Shown here: piece after piece, positions 26,935-38,405 of the stretch
How positions within the stretch are numbered: the first letter of the stretch is position 1
Layout of the letters: every line of letters begins with the position of its first letter
Assembly: GCF_009834535.1 (NCBI RefSeq)
Contig: NC_045697.1
Location: 7,628,001 to 7,692,000 of the forward strand
DNA: 64,000 nt
From: Camelus ferus
Lineage: Eukaryota
Direction: 5' to 3'
The notes under the pieces: generated by a model
Databases searched by the model: none
Told to the model about the DNA's origin: nothing
Seen by the model: only the letters and a program-made list of their open reading frames with translations
Made by a program: the position numbers and the translations under genes

Positions 26935-27600
26935 AAATTTCCTATGAAGGCTTAGAAAGCCCTTCATTGACAATCCTCTTCTTATGTTTTTATGCCTCAA
27001 TCTTGGACTCTTCTGCAGGCTTATAGTCTCATTAATTCCACAAAAGCCCAGTGGCTTATTTTCCTCAAATGTACTAGTTAAGATCATGCTTCTATAATTT
27101 GGAACAGAATGTTCACTATGCTTGACATAGACTCACCTTCACCCAATCTGCTCAGGGAACTTCTACACATGATGAAAAATTTCATACACACTGTCCCTTC
27201 CTTTTTGCCATTCTCTTCATCCAGGTTATGGTGAGTCCTCCTCCTCATTCCCATAACACATCAAGCTAACCTTCAATTCAATGTTTCTGAGACCTGCCAA
27301 TCTTCACACACACACACACACACACACATACACACAGAGGGAAAAACAGGTTCCTAGACCAGACCCAACTCAGCTCAATGTTTATGACCTCAACAGTCAA
27401 TTTTATGATCAGACAAGTCCAATACTTACTTAAATGGGCCAGACATATAAGTTGCATTAAAATTGTCGGTGTCTGTCTGTCTGTCTTCTCTATGTAGCTT
27501 CTGGTGTCCTTTAAGATTGTAACTGTATCTTATTTAGTATTGATTTTCTAGTTTTTGTCAGGAAATGCAGTCTTCAGAAATCACTTGCTGAATGAAGGAG
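26935..27600 (+). mobile_element. Decayed L2 with internal (CA)n
   Basis: L2-like pyrimidine-rich body ending cagaaatcacttgctgaatgaa; (CA)n 27305-27335. Confidence 0.45.
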
Positions 27601-28284
27601 CTAACAAAAGAGTACTCTTATAATGAAGCAATACACACACCTCGTAGGTTATCTGTGGAAAGCACTCTAAGTCGGCATGAGGAAGAATTCCAGACCTCCT
27701 GCTGCTGAATTTTGTCTGGCATTATGTGTTTTGTTTTCACTTTGGAAAATATTTGGAGTTAGATCAGCGGATTCCTTTCCTTAAAGAATTGGTATAAATT
27801 CTGAAGCAACTGATCATCAGAATCAAACTAGGTTGAAGAGATTTTGGCTGTGGATGAATATACATCCAACATTCAACATGAATATAGACTTGACTTTGTT
27901 GAAGTTCATAGTAGGTGATATATAGGGACAAAAAAAAAAAGAAGGGTCTTTCATGATAAGAGTTCTAAATGATGGAGAAGAAAATTAGTAATAAGTAAGG
28001 ATAGCAAAGAAAAGATAAAGATAGCAGACGAGAAATTAAAATATATCCCTGAGTTCTGGGACTTCTGCTATCACTAAGGACCACTTCCATTTATAAGCTG
28101 TGTCTCTGTTCCTTGCATAATAAAGTTCACACTCCTCCTCATGTCACGTAAGGCCCCCCAAGTCTGGTCCAATCAACTCTGAATATTTTATTGTATTGGG
28201 TTCATCACTCATCCATAGAACCACTCATAAGAAACATCTCTCTTCTCCCTCTTCCTCTTCTCTCTCTTTCTCTCCCTCATGAAC

Positions 28285-29040
28285 TGTTGCATCAAAGAGA
28301 ACCCAAGCCAGACACTAAAGAAGGATTTTATTCAGTGATGAATAGTGCAACAGGGAAGAAGTTTCAGTGTAAACTGAGCTCAACTTTGCCTGAACAAAAG
28401 GCAGGAGAAGACTTTTTTAAATGCTGGGGTGTTTTTAAGGAAGGGCGCTAAAGGGCTTTGAGGGCAGGTTTGGTTCCCGTGACCACATCACCTGTGTTTG
28501 CTAATTGGCACTTCCAGAGGGAGGAGAAACAAACTTCTTTTTTTTTTTTCAGTTTTCATTAATTCAGCATTTAAAAAAATGAGGCATTGTCAAACGACAA
28601 TGTTGTGAAGCAAACTTCTCGATGACAGAACCGTAGTTGTGCAATTTGGAGCAGGGATCCAAAGTCTCCCATGAGGTCTTGGCCGGGAGGAGGGGAGGGT
28701 TTGAGCTATCTCCTGGGTTTTCTGCATTTCAGAGTCTGTTCCAGGCTCTTGAGGAGACAGTAGACAATTCCTATCTCAAAGGGCAGATGAAAGATTTCTC
28801 ACTGCAAACTTAACTGCTCTAAAGGAGGCTCAGGGTTTACAGTCCTATCATCGAATTCTGGCTAAAACAGTGAGCTCTCCTGGCACCCTTGAACTTTCTT
28901 AGGCAGGCATTTTAAGGAGCCTGGGGACACCCTGGGGACGCAGCTTTAAGCTGCTAAAGCCACGTTAGAGTGTGATCAGCTCTCTTTGTGAAGAGGTTCC
29001 AACGAAGCCATCGAATGCTGAGAGGTTTTACATTTCTCAG
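28285..29040 (-). mobile_element. ERV1-class solo LTR (MER67/MER31-like), interrupted by a small insertion
   Basis: Begins tgttg, antisense polyA signal tttatt, aaactgagctcaact, tttgctaattggc, aggcaggcattttaagg, ends near ctca. Confidence 0.65.
28539..28610 (-). mobile_element. 72-nt retroposed insert with polyA tail and 9-bp TSD
   Basis: caaacttct at 28530-28538 and 28611-28619 flanking a T12 run plus ~60 nt. Confidence 0.75.
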
Positions 29041-29482
29041 TTGACCCTGGGATACTCCTGGCTTCATTTCTCCCTAGAAAGTTAATACAGAAATAAAATA
29101 ACAATAATATACAAACAAAGCTAATATTCATGATGGGCCGCGAGGGGAGAAAAGAAATGCCATTTCCCAGGCAGTGAAAATATCATGTAGAAAGAATAAT
29201 CATAAAGGAAAATTCCAGAAAAACCAGAGGATGGTCATCATGGCTAACAAGTTAACATCTCCGTTCCTCAGTATGACAGGCAGAGATTCATCTACTTGTC
29301 AGCTCTTTGACTTCCTCAAGCAAAGACCCCTAATACTAGCAGATATGCATGTGACCGACCCCTGCTACAGGACATTGGAAGATCCTTACCAAACAGAGCA
29401 TGTCAACAGAGTACCCTGGCAAACGGGGTGGGGGGAGGTCAAAGAGAACCCCTGTGGGAAGCAGGCGCCTGAAGAGACAGGC

Positions 29483-29951
29483 GTTTCAGTTGTCTACTGC
29501 TGTACAACAAGCTGACCTACAGGAACAATCCTTTTCCATCTCTCATGATTTTGTGGGTCAGGAACTCGAGCAGAGTTCAGCTGGACAATTCTTCTGCTCC
29601 ATGTGGCATCAGTTGGGTCATTCTGTGATTTTTAAGTGGTGGCTTTATTCTCAGAAGGGACAGTTGGAAGGTTGGGCTTAGTGGTGCCCATCCCCTTCTC
29701 CCTGCAAATCTCGTCCACATGGTGTCTCTAGCAAGAGAGCTGGGGGACTCAGGGCTCCCAGAGACAAGGAAGAAATGGCCAGCCCTCCCAAAGGCGGGAT
29801 TCAGAAACTGGAACTTGTAGAACATCACCGTCATTGTGCTCTGAGGGTCAAATCAACCACAGCCAGCCCAGGTTCAAGGGGAGGGAAATAGACCCTACTT
29901 TTTGGCTAAAGGAGTGACAAATAAGGTGTGGCCATCTTTAATCTACCAGCA
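29483..29951 (-). mobile_element. MaLR solo LTR (MLT1H-like)
   Basis: ctcatgattttgtgggtcaggaa, cagcccaggttcaaggggagggaaatagacc, gtggccatctttaatctacca. Confidence 0.85.
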
Positions 29952-31314
29952 TAGACTCATAGAGACGTTACTTATTTACCCAGAATCTGCCATGTCTCAA
30001 GAAGAAAGAGAGAAGATTAGGCCTTTTCATGGTTGTGTTTATATCATCAAGTAAAGCATCTGAATGATGCCAATGGGACAAAAGTAAAAATAAATAAAAT
30101 GACCCCTAATGTCTACAGTGTGTACAACACATCTTCGTGTTCCTTACTAAGTGTGTTAATTGCTATTATTAAACACCCTCCATGTGCCGCCATTTTTACT
30201 TGCGTCATCTAAGTCTCACAACAACCAGTTTGAGAAAGGCATTTCATCTTCATTTTGCAAGAGAGGACACTGATATTTAGAAACACAGATTTTGTTGCCC
30301 TGGGGCACACCGAGTGCTGGAGTTGAAATTTTTTGATATCCAAGTCTGTGGTCTTTCCATGGGGTCACATCGCCATCCCCTGTGCAGCATAAAGGCCCCT
30401 GTGCTGTGAGAACAGGAGGCGTCACTCCCGCTTCACAAACAAGAGAGCCCAGCTTTAGGGTAACGTTGCTTGCTAACAGACTCACACCCACACATCCGTG
30501 AGCTCCAGAAATTTCAGGTGTTACACACGCCATTTCTCTGCAATAATTTCAACTGTGTCGAAGAACATCCACGCTGTATGTAACATTTTATCATTTTTAT
30601 GCTCGTGACTGTGCGCTAATGGAAAATGTAAATTCTTCACAATTTACAGCGGGTTTTACATCAGTGGCAGTGTTCCCATAGTTCCGTTATCTCAGTTTGC
30701 CTTAAACATTTATTACTAATTTGACACCAGTGATGTTCTAATTAAAGTTCATTCTCTAACGTGAAAAACAGTATGATATAAAGCAGCGAGAATAATTTTC
30801 TTCCGTTTAGATTGCCAGATAGTTCATGGATGGCTTACAATAGACGTTGGAAGTCATTTTATTTATTTGTTTAGGAAGTCATCATTCCCATCGTTCTTAC
30901 CCCGTATTACCACCCTGCATTTTCCCAGCTAATTCTTGTGTTACATTAAAAGCTCTTTTATGCAATGGGTTTTCGTTTGGGCAAAATTGTTAATTAAAGT
31001 AAGTATCTACATTGCTTAATTGCCTGACAGAAGATGTTAGATTTTCCCAAGCATGACCTATGCTTTCAGCAGAAAGATTATTAAAATCTTTCATATTTAA
31101 GGGGAAAACAGTGCTTTGAAGATACAGTGACGTCATCCTAAACCCTTTCAACACAAGCAGAATCTGCATAAGCTTTACTCAGTAACCAGTCCCAGCTGGT
31201 TCTACTTCCTAAATACATCTCACAAGTGTCTTTTATCCATCCAAGTCCCTTCCTCACTCTAGGTCACTGGTTAGTTCTCAAACTCTATGTTTTTCCTACC
31301 CTACCCTCACCTCC

Positions 31315-32170
31315 AGCATTTTATTCTTCAGTTCTGATTGGTTCTTTCTTGTATTTTTTAAGACTTTGTTGAAATTCTCACTGAGTAGTACCTCCATTAT
31401 TCTCCAGAGTTTGGAGAGCATACTCAGAATATTTTTTTAATTCTTTATCATGTAAATTACTTACCTCTGTTTTATTAGTTTTTTTGCTTTGTTTTGTTTT
31501 TCCTAAAGTTTTATTTTGTTTTGTTTGAAACATATTCCTCTGTCTCCTCATTTATTTTAACTTTCTGCTTTTGTTTCTATGAATTAGGCAAAACAGCTAC
31601 CTCTCCTGGTCCTGAAGGAGTGGACCCGTGTGGGACAGTCAGTCCCCTGTGTAGACTGCTTGAAGCCGGCAGCTTTGGCAGGCAGGCTGGGGAGCGCTGT
31701 GCCCAAGGCGGACTTGGTGGGGTGGCTGAAGTTGGAGTGGATATGTGCCAGGGAGAGTCCCCGGGGGACAGGAACAATGATGCTCACAGGTGCCTCCAGC
31801 CCTGGAGAGAGCTCCAGCAGCTTCCTGTACATTTGGCAGAAGCTCTAAGGTTAACAAATGGATTTCCTTTCCCTATATTCTATGTGCCCTTTAAGTTTCT
31901 GCTATTTCTCTGGGTCCCAGAGTGGGTAAGTCTGCACTGGACCCCTCAGCAGTATCACTCCCTACTGCCTTGAGGATGGGGTTCCCATGGATACCATGTC
32001 TTCATCTTTTCTACTAGTTGCTATGTGGTCCTTCCAGTGCAGTAGCTGTTCAATCAGCCCTCAGGTGTTCTTCAAGAGGAACCGCTCTATGTTTAAATGC
32101 AGACTCAGCGTGTCCATGAGAGGAGGTGAGCTCAGGGTCTTTCTACAGCACCGTCTCGGATCTCTCCTCT
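31315..32170 (-). mobile_element. L1 5' UTR and ORF1 start (laurasiatherian L1), rest absent
   Basis: gtgtccatgagaggaggtgagctcagggtctttctacagcaccgtctcgg is the antisense of an L1 5' start; T-rich antisense ORF1-like sequence at 31315-31580. Confidence 0.7.
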
Positions 32171-33099
32171 CTTCCCCTTTGTTCTTAATATAAAAGTAAA
32201 AATGACTTAATTAAGGCAGAAACTCTTTTCTAGGAGCCAAGGGGGAAAAAAAAGATGAAAAAGAACACCTCTTCAGTTCTTTTTTTGAGAAACCTGCAGA
32301 GCACTTAAAATATTTTATATTTTGTATTAAATATTTCAGTTACACTAGAAAGGTTCATAACTCCCAGTGAACAGTTCTGCAAGTAAAATATTTAACTGAA
32401 GAAAAAGGATATTATTTTTCCCCTACTGAAATCTAAAGTTAGTTAATTTTTGATTCTATAATGTTACTTTGGACTCCCACAAAGGCTTACCCTACATTAG
32501 AAATATTTTGCACTAAAAAGTCTTTGATTCCTAGCTTTCAAATTGTAAATAATATGTAAGCATTGTTTAAAGTGATAAAATAAAAGATGAATCATTCCAT
32601 TTGAATAGTCCACATGAATAATTATTGGATCAATAATTCAGATTATATAACCTGCAATTAAATATATTCAATAATTTGATGAATTTCATATTTTATAATA
32701 TTTTTCAAGTTTATCAAAAGTAATTGATTCCTTACTCCAAAAAGTGTCCCTGACTTATTAAATAAATAAAAATATTTAACTGTTTTATGGACTATATTCA
32801 ATTAGCAAAACTTTAATACTCAGCATAGCAAAATGTTAAAGGTCAAGCAAGTGCATTTAGGATTTTAACTCAGAGGCATATCTTACAAAAATGTTGAATG
32901 AAGTTCAAAGCTAGATATTTTGAAAGCAAAATTCTTTGAAACCAGTTCACAATTGTTTTATGTTAATGGATGTCAATCACTTTTCAAACTTTTTAGTGCA
33001 TCCTCTTTGCCTTCAAAAGTCTGTTTTCACAGACTCAAGCATGGAAAGTAGATTCAACGCTATTTCCTGAGTGAACTGTTCACTTGATATTGTGTTGGA

Positions 33100-33265
33100 G
33101 AGTCTGGCTAATCACAGTGTGGCCTCTGGGCCAGCAGCATTGACCCCACCTGAGAGTCAGGCACAAAGGCAGAATTCAGACCTGCCTCAGTCCTGTTGAA
33201 TCAGAACCTGCATCTTCAACGGGGTCCCATGGCTTTGAACGCACCACACTTGAGCAGCAGCACTG
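33100..33265. mobile_element. hAT-Charlie MITE (MER5-like)
   Basis: ccagcagcattgaccccacctgagag...tgaatcagaacctgcat. Confidence 0.7.
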
Positions 33266-33427
33266 AAGCACAGGACTTAACTACTGAGGCTTCATTATGC
33301 CTTTGCCTAGTCACGGGTCCATCACTTTAGAGTGCCTTGTACAGGGCCGATGATCTATAAATATGAATTATTATTATTGGACGTGGCGCAGAGAGGTCAT
33401 TTTATTGCTTGTGTCACAACACTACCT

Positions 33428-33650
33428 GTGGTCCAAAGAGACTGCACTCTTGACTTTGAATCAGAAGACCTGAATTTAATTTGTCACTTCCCACCTGTTT
33501 TATCTCAGTTGCCCTATTCAAATTCCCTGAATTTCAGATTCCCAGACTGTAAACCCAGAATGATGGCGTTTCAGGGTTAATGTGAGGATCTAATGAGGCA
33601 ATAATAGGCAATCACTTTGTAAACTTTACAATTCTGCACATAGTTATTAA
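33428..33650 (+). mobile_element. MIR SINE
   Basis: gactttgaatcagaagacctgaattt...cagggttaatgtgaggatctaatgagg...cactttgtaaact. Confidence 0.75.
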
Positions 33651-35034
33651 TACTGGAGCTCAGTGTGAGGCCTTGGGTGTTGTAACCATCAAAAGTAACA
33701 GACTGAGTCCAGCCAATCTATGTACCATTTTCTTCCTCAGTAACTTGACACACCCAAGGCCAGATGCTGGCACAGCATCACACGGTGCAGCCTCCCAGCC
33801 CAGGCCAGCTGTGCTGGGTGCTCCTCCCCATTCACAGGGCTCAGTTCCATGGCAACTGCTGCTCCCAACTTTTTTCTCTGGCTCTGCCCTGTCCTTATGA
33901 AGTGCATTATCAAGTCCTCATCGATGTGCTTTCATCAGTTCAGCACATCCACTCCCACGCAATGCTCTGTGAGAACAGACACTGGGAGAGCAGTGGTCCT
34001 GCCCCTCCTCTTTACAGACGGTGAATCTCAAGACCAGAGAGGGAGAGAAAAAGAGCCTTGCTGAGGTCATGGAGTTAATTAATGGGAGGGATAAATCCAC
34101 AACACAAATCTGCTCAGTCCCAGACCCATGTTCTTTCCCATTCCCTTGTCCTGTTTCTAGAATTACCATGCGGACAATAACAAAGAAGCATACCATAACA
34201 TTAACAATGCGTCCGATTTACATCGCCGTGGTTTTTTGTTTCCATCTTTGCAAATGCTATCCTGTTACAAATGTTGGTTTTAAAACCCTGTTTTCACAGC
34301 CAGAGTGCATGGATTGAGGGGATAATGGCACGCACATTAATAAAGATAATGGTAGAACTGACAATTATATGGGTTATAACAGTTCACAAAGCATTGTACA
34401 CGCATCGGTTCAATTGTTTTCTCTTCAGCATAAATAAACACACATTTTGGCATGGGAAGAGGACCCTGGCATCCTCCTGCTTTCAGGGTGGGCAGACCTT
34501 TCCCCTTCCTCCAGGCTCAAGTCGTAGCATCTCTCTCACACAAAGCTTGTGTTTTGTCATCGACTCAGAGGACAGTTTTACCTTAAATCACATAACCTCC
34601 TTTTAGTTAAGCTGTCCTTTCGTCCCTAATGGGGGGATGGTATGTGAACAAGTGTTTGTCTCAGCAGAGCAACATGGTGCTAAGGAAGCAACACACTCTC
34701 AGTAATGCCTGTAAATTCATGGGTTAGATAAAGCTCATATAGAGGATCCAAGGAAGAAGTTACTGTAATAAAATTGAAAACCACCCTTGTGCTTACAGTT
34801 CGTCTGGTTGTCAGAAAGGGATCAGGGATGAACAAAAATTCATACAGTACATTGTATACAATCTATACACTTTTGTGAGGAAAAGAAAAAGGAAAATTCA
34901 GATACAGGATGGATTAATGATTTTAGACATATATATACACACATATATGTGGTGCATTGAGATACTGAGAAAAATCTGTTCAATGGATTGATTTGGGGTC
35001 GTGGAATCCACATGTTGATAAGTGAGGCATCTAA

Positions 35035-35365
35035 TTATTAGCTTTTGCAAAATACAACTCCTGAATTCTTTAATCAAACTATCTTCCAAAACGTTCCCTC
35101 TTCTAGTCTCAGTAAATAGTCTCTGAGACTTGCTCATTGATCCAGCCCCAAACTAGGAGTTACTGCTGCATGATTTTTCTCCCTCCATTATGGCATGCAA
35201 TCACTGCAAAACTTTTCATTTAAATTTTGAAAAGACCTCTGGAATCTGTTCACAGCTCTCCAACTCCACATGTTCCAGCACAAACCTTCCTGTCTTGCCT
35301 TGATTGCTGTAAATTCTTTTTAAATTAGTCCCAGCATTTAATCTTCATTCCTGCACTCTGATCTT
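35035..35365 (+). mobile_element. L2 remnant, left part (split by L1)
   Basis: tctagtctcagtaaatagt...gccccaaactaggagtta...ctctggaatctgttcacagctctcca. Confidence 0.6.
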
Positions 35366-36447
35366 TCATTCTTTATATGCATTTCAATCAGTAAAATAAC
35401 CGTTTAACAGCTCTGTGAGTTTTGAAGAATGCATTAAAAATAGTTTCATTGCCCTCCGATATTCTCTCCTTTCTAGTAAATCTCAACTCCCGTTCATGAT
35501 TAGTCTGTCCCTGCTGTCCATTCTGTAAATTTGCCTTTTCTAGGAAATCATATAGGCAGTATCATATTCTCCCACTTAGGAAAATGTATTTGAAATTAAC
35601 CCATATTGTTGTGTGTGGTTTGTTCTTTTTCATTACTGAGTTGTATTCCACTGTAGAGATATCTCATCATCTGTTTGCCTTTTCACAAGTTGCAGATAAT
35701 TTGGATTGTTTCCAGTTTGAGATGATTGCGAATAAAGGCACTGTATACATTCCCACACAGGTTTTTGTGTAAACGTGGCTTTTAGTTCTCTGATGATTTC
35801 CTAGGAGTGGGATTGCTGGGTTATATTGTATGTATACATTTGACTTTATAAATAATTGACAAATTGTTTTCCAGAGTGGCTTTACCATATTTCATGTTTA
35901 TGAGAAATATATGAGAACACTCCAGTCACTACATAATTTTGCCAGCACTTGAAGGCTATAATTATCATAATATTACATATTATATTAGTATATTATAATA
36001 TTATATATCATATATAATATTAAACTTCTTTTCATGTGCTTATTTGTCACCTATATATATTTTTGGTGAAAATTTGTTACCTATTCTTTGTCAGATCTGA
36101 GTTTGCCAATATTTTATCCCAGTCTATGTCTGATATTTTATTCCCCAAGCTGCATCCTTCACAGAGAAAACATTTTAAAATCTAAGTTTAATGTATCTAT
36201 TTTTTCTCTAGATCAGGATTTTCATGTCATATCTAAGCTATCTTCACTTAGCCCAAGATCACAAAGTTTTGTAGTTTTAGATTTTATATTCAAATCCATT
36301 ACCAATTTTAAGTTACATTTCTACAGAAGACACAAGATACAGGTCAAGCTTCTTCCTTATTCTTTCTTTTTTTTTTTTTTGTGGATGTAACTTTTTTTTT
36401 AATACTTCAGGCACTACATGTTAAAAAGCATACATATTTTTTGGAAA

Positions 36448-36650
36448 GGGGGATTGTATAGCTCACTGGTAGAGTGCATGCTCCGCGTGCGAAAGGTCCT
36501 GGGTTCACTCCCCACTACCTCCATTAAAGTAAATACATAAATACATACATGCATACATACATACATACATACATACATACATACATACATACATAGGTAA
36601 ACCTAATTACTCCCCCCAAAAACCAAAAAAGACTTTTTTCAAAAAAAATT
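36448..36650 (+). mobile_element. tRNA-derived SINE, camelid Vic-1-like
   Basis: Head gggggattgtatagctcactggtagagtgcatgc with A box ~36459-36469 and B box gggttcactccc 36501-36512; tail acctaattactcccccc plus A-rich end; TSD aaaagcatacat at 36424 and 36653; internal (TACA)n. Confidence 0.9.
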
Positions 36651-36954
36651 TTAAAAGCATACATTTTTCTTATTGAACTCTCTTTTCATGTTTGACAAAA
36701 GCCAATTGTCCATTTATGTGGAGTCTATTTCTGGACTCTCTGTTCTACTTCATGGTCTATATATTTATCCTTTACATTAACACTGTGCTGTCTTGATGAT
36801 TTGTAGCTTTAGAGTAAGTCTTGAAACCAGACAGTATGAGTCCTCCAGCTTTCCTCATTTCCAAAATCATTTCGGTTAAATCAAGTATTTGAATTTATAT
36901 GTAAACTTTGCAATAAGCTTGTTGATTACTATCAAAAAATTCAGCAGGGATTTT

Positions 36955-37403
36955 CTTCTAATTGAAGTCTAGTTGATTTACACTTTTGTGTTAGTTTCTG
37001 GTGTACAGCATAGTGATTCAGTTATACATATATATACATATTCTTTTTCAAATTCTTTTTTATTATAGGTTATTGCAAGCTATCAAATATAGTTCCCTGT
37101 GCTCTACAGTAGGAACTTGTTTATTTATTTTGTATATAGTAGTTTGTATCTACTAATCCTAAACTCCCAGTTTGTCCCTCCTCACCCTTTCCCCTTTAGT
37201 AACCATAAATTTGTTTTCTGTGTCTGTGAGTCTCTTTCTGTTTTGTAAATAAGCTCATTTGTGACAATTATTTTAGATTTCACATGTAAATGATATCATA
37301 TGATATTTGTCATTCTCTGACTTACTTCACTTAGATAATCTCTAGATCCATCCATGTTGCTGCAGATGTCATTATTTTATCCTATGACTGAGTGGTATTC
37401 CTT

Positions 37404-37446
<43 letters not shown>

Positions 37447-38405
37447 CATCTTCTTTATCCATTCATCTATGAATGGATATTTAGGTTACTTCCATGTCTT
37501 GGCTGTTGTAAATAATGCTGCTATGAACATAAGGATGTGCACATATCTTTTCGAGTTTTTTTCTGGATATATGCCCAAGAGTAGGATTACTGGATAGTAT
37601 GGTAAGTCTATTTTTAGTCCTTTGAGGAATCTCCATACTATTTTCCATAATGGCTGCACCAAACTACATTTCCACCAGCGGTGTAGGAGGGTTCTCTTTT
37701 CTCTGTCCCCTCTCCAGCATTTATCATTTGTGCACTTTTTAATGATGGCCATTCTGACTGGCGCAAGGTTATATTTCACTGTAGCTTTGGTTTGTATTTC
37801 TCTGATAATTAGAGATACTGAGTATCTTTTCATGTGCCTGTTGGCCACCTATATGTCTTCATTGGAGAAATGTCTGTTTAGGTCTTCTGCCTATTTTTCG
37901 ATTGGGTGGTTCGGGATTTTGTTGTTGTTGTTGAGTTGTATAAACTGTATATTTTGGGAGTTAAACCCTTGTGAGCGGCATTTTTTGCAAATATTTTCTC
38001 CCAGTCCATAGGTTGCCTTTTTGTTTTGTTTATGGTTTCCCTTGCTGTGCAAAAGCTTGTAAGTTTAATAAGGTCCCATTTTTTCATCTGTGCTTTTATT
38101 TCTATTGCCTTGGTAGACTGACCTAGGAGAATATTGCTACAATTTATGTCAGAGAATGTTTTGCCTGTGTTCTCTTCTGGGAGACTTATGGTGTCCTGTC
38201 TTACGTTTAAGTCTTTAAGCCATTTTGAGTTTATTTTTGTGTGTGGTGTCAAGGAGTGTTCTAACTTCATTGATTTACATGTGGCTGTCCAGCTTTCCCA
38301 ACACCACTTGCCAAAGACACTGTCTTTTCTCCATTGTATATTCTTGCCTCCTTTGTCGAAGATTAATTGCCCATAGGTGTGTGGGTTTATTTCTGGGCTC
38401 TCTAC
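36955..38405 (-). mobile_element. Younger 5'-truncated artiodactyl-type L1 (~1.45 kb)
   Basis: 3' end attgaagtctagttgatttaca; TSD cagcagggatttt 36942-36954 / cagctgggatttt 38406-38418 at a TT/AAAA endonuclease site on the minus strand. Confidence 0.93.
37486..38405 (-). pseudogene. Frameshifted L1 ORF2p C-terminal fragment
   Basis: ORFs 37878-38432 ([38 protein letters not shown]) and 37486-37848 (ANRHMKRYS, PVRMAIIKK, LVQPLWK) match L1 ORF2p C-terminal motifs. Confidence 0.95.

Noticed and set aside
31494..31973. 159-aa ORF and overlapping ORFs
   Set aside because: By-product of GC-rich L1 5' UTR sequence; low-complexity N-terminus
36448..36523. tRNA-Ala gene
   Set aside because: Degenerate stems, followed by a SINE tail and flanked by a TSD; it is a SINE head
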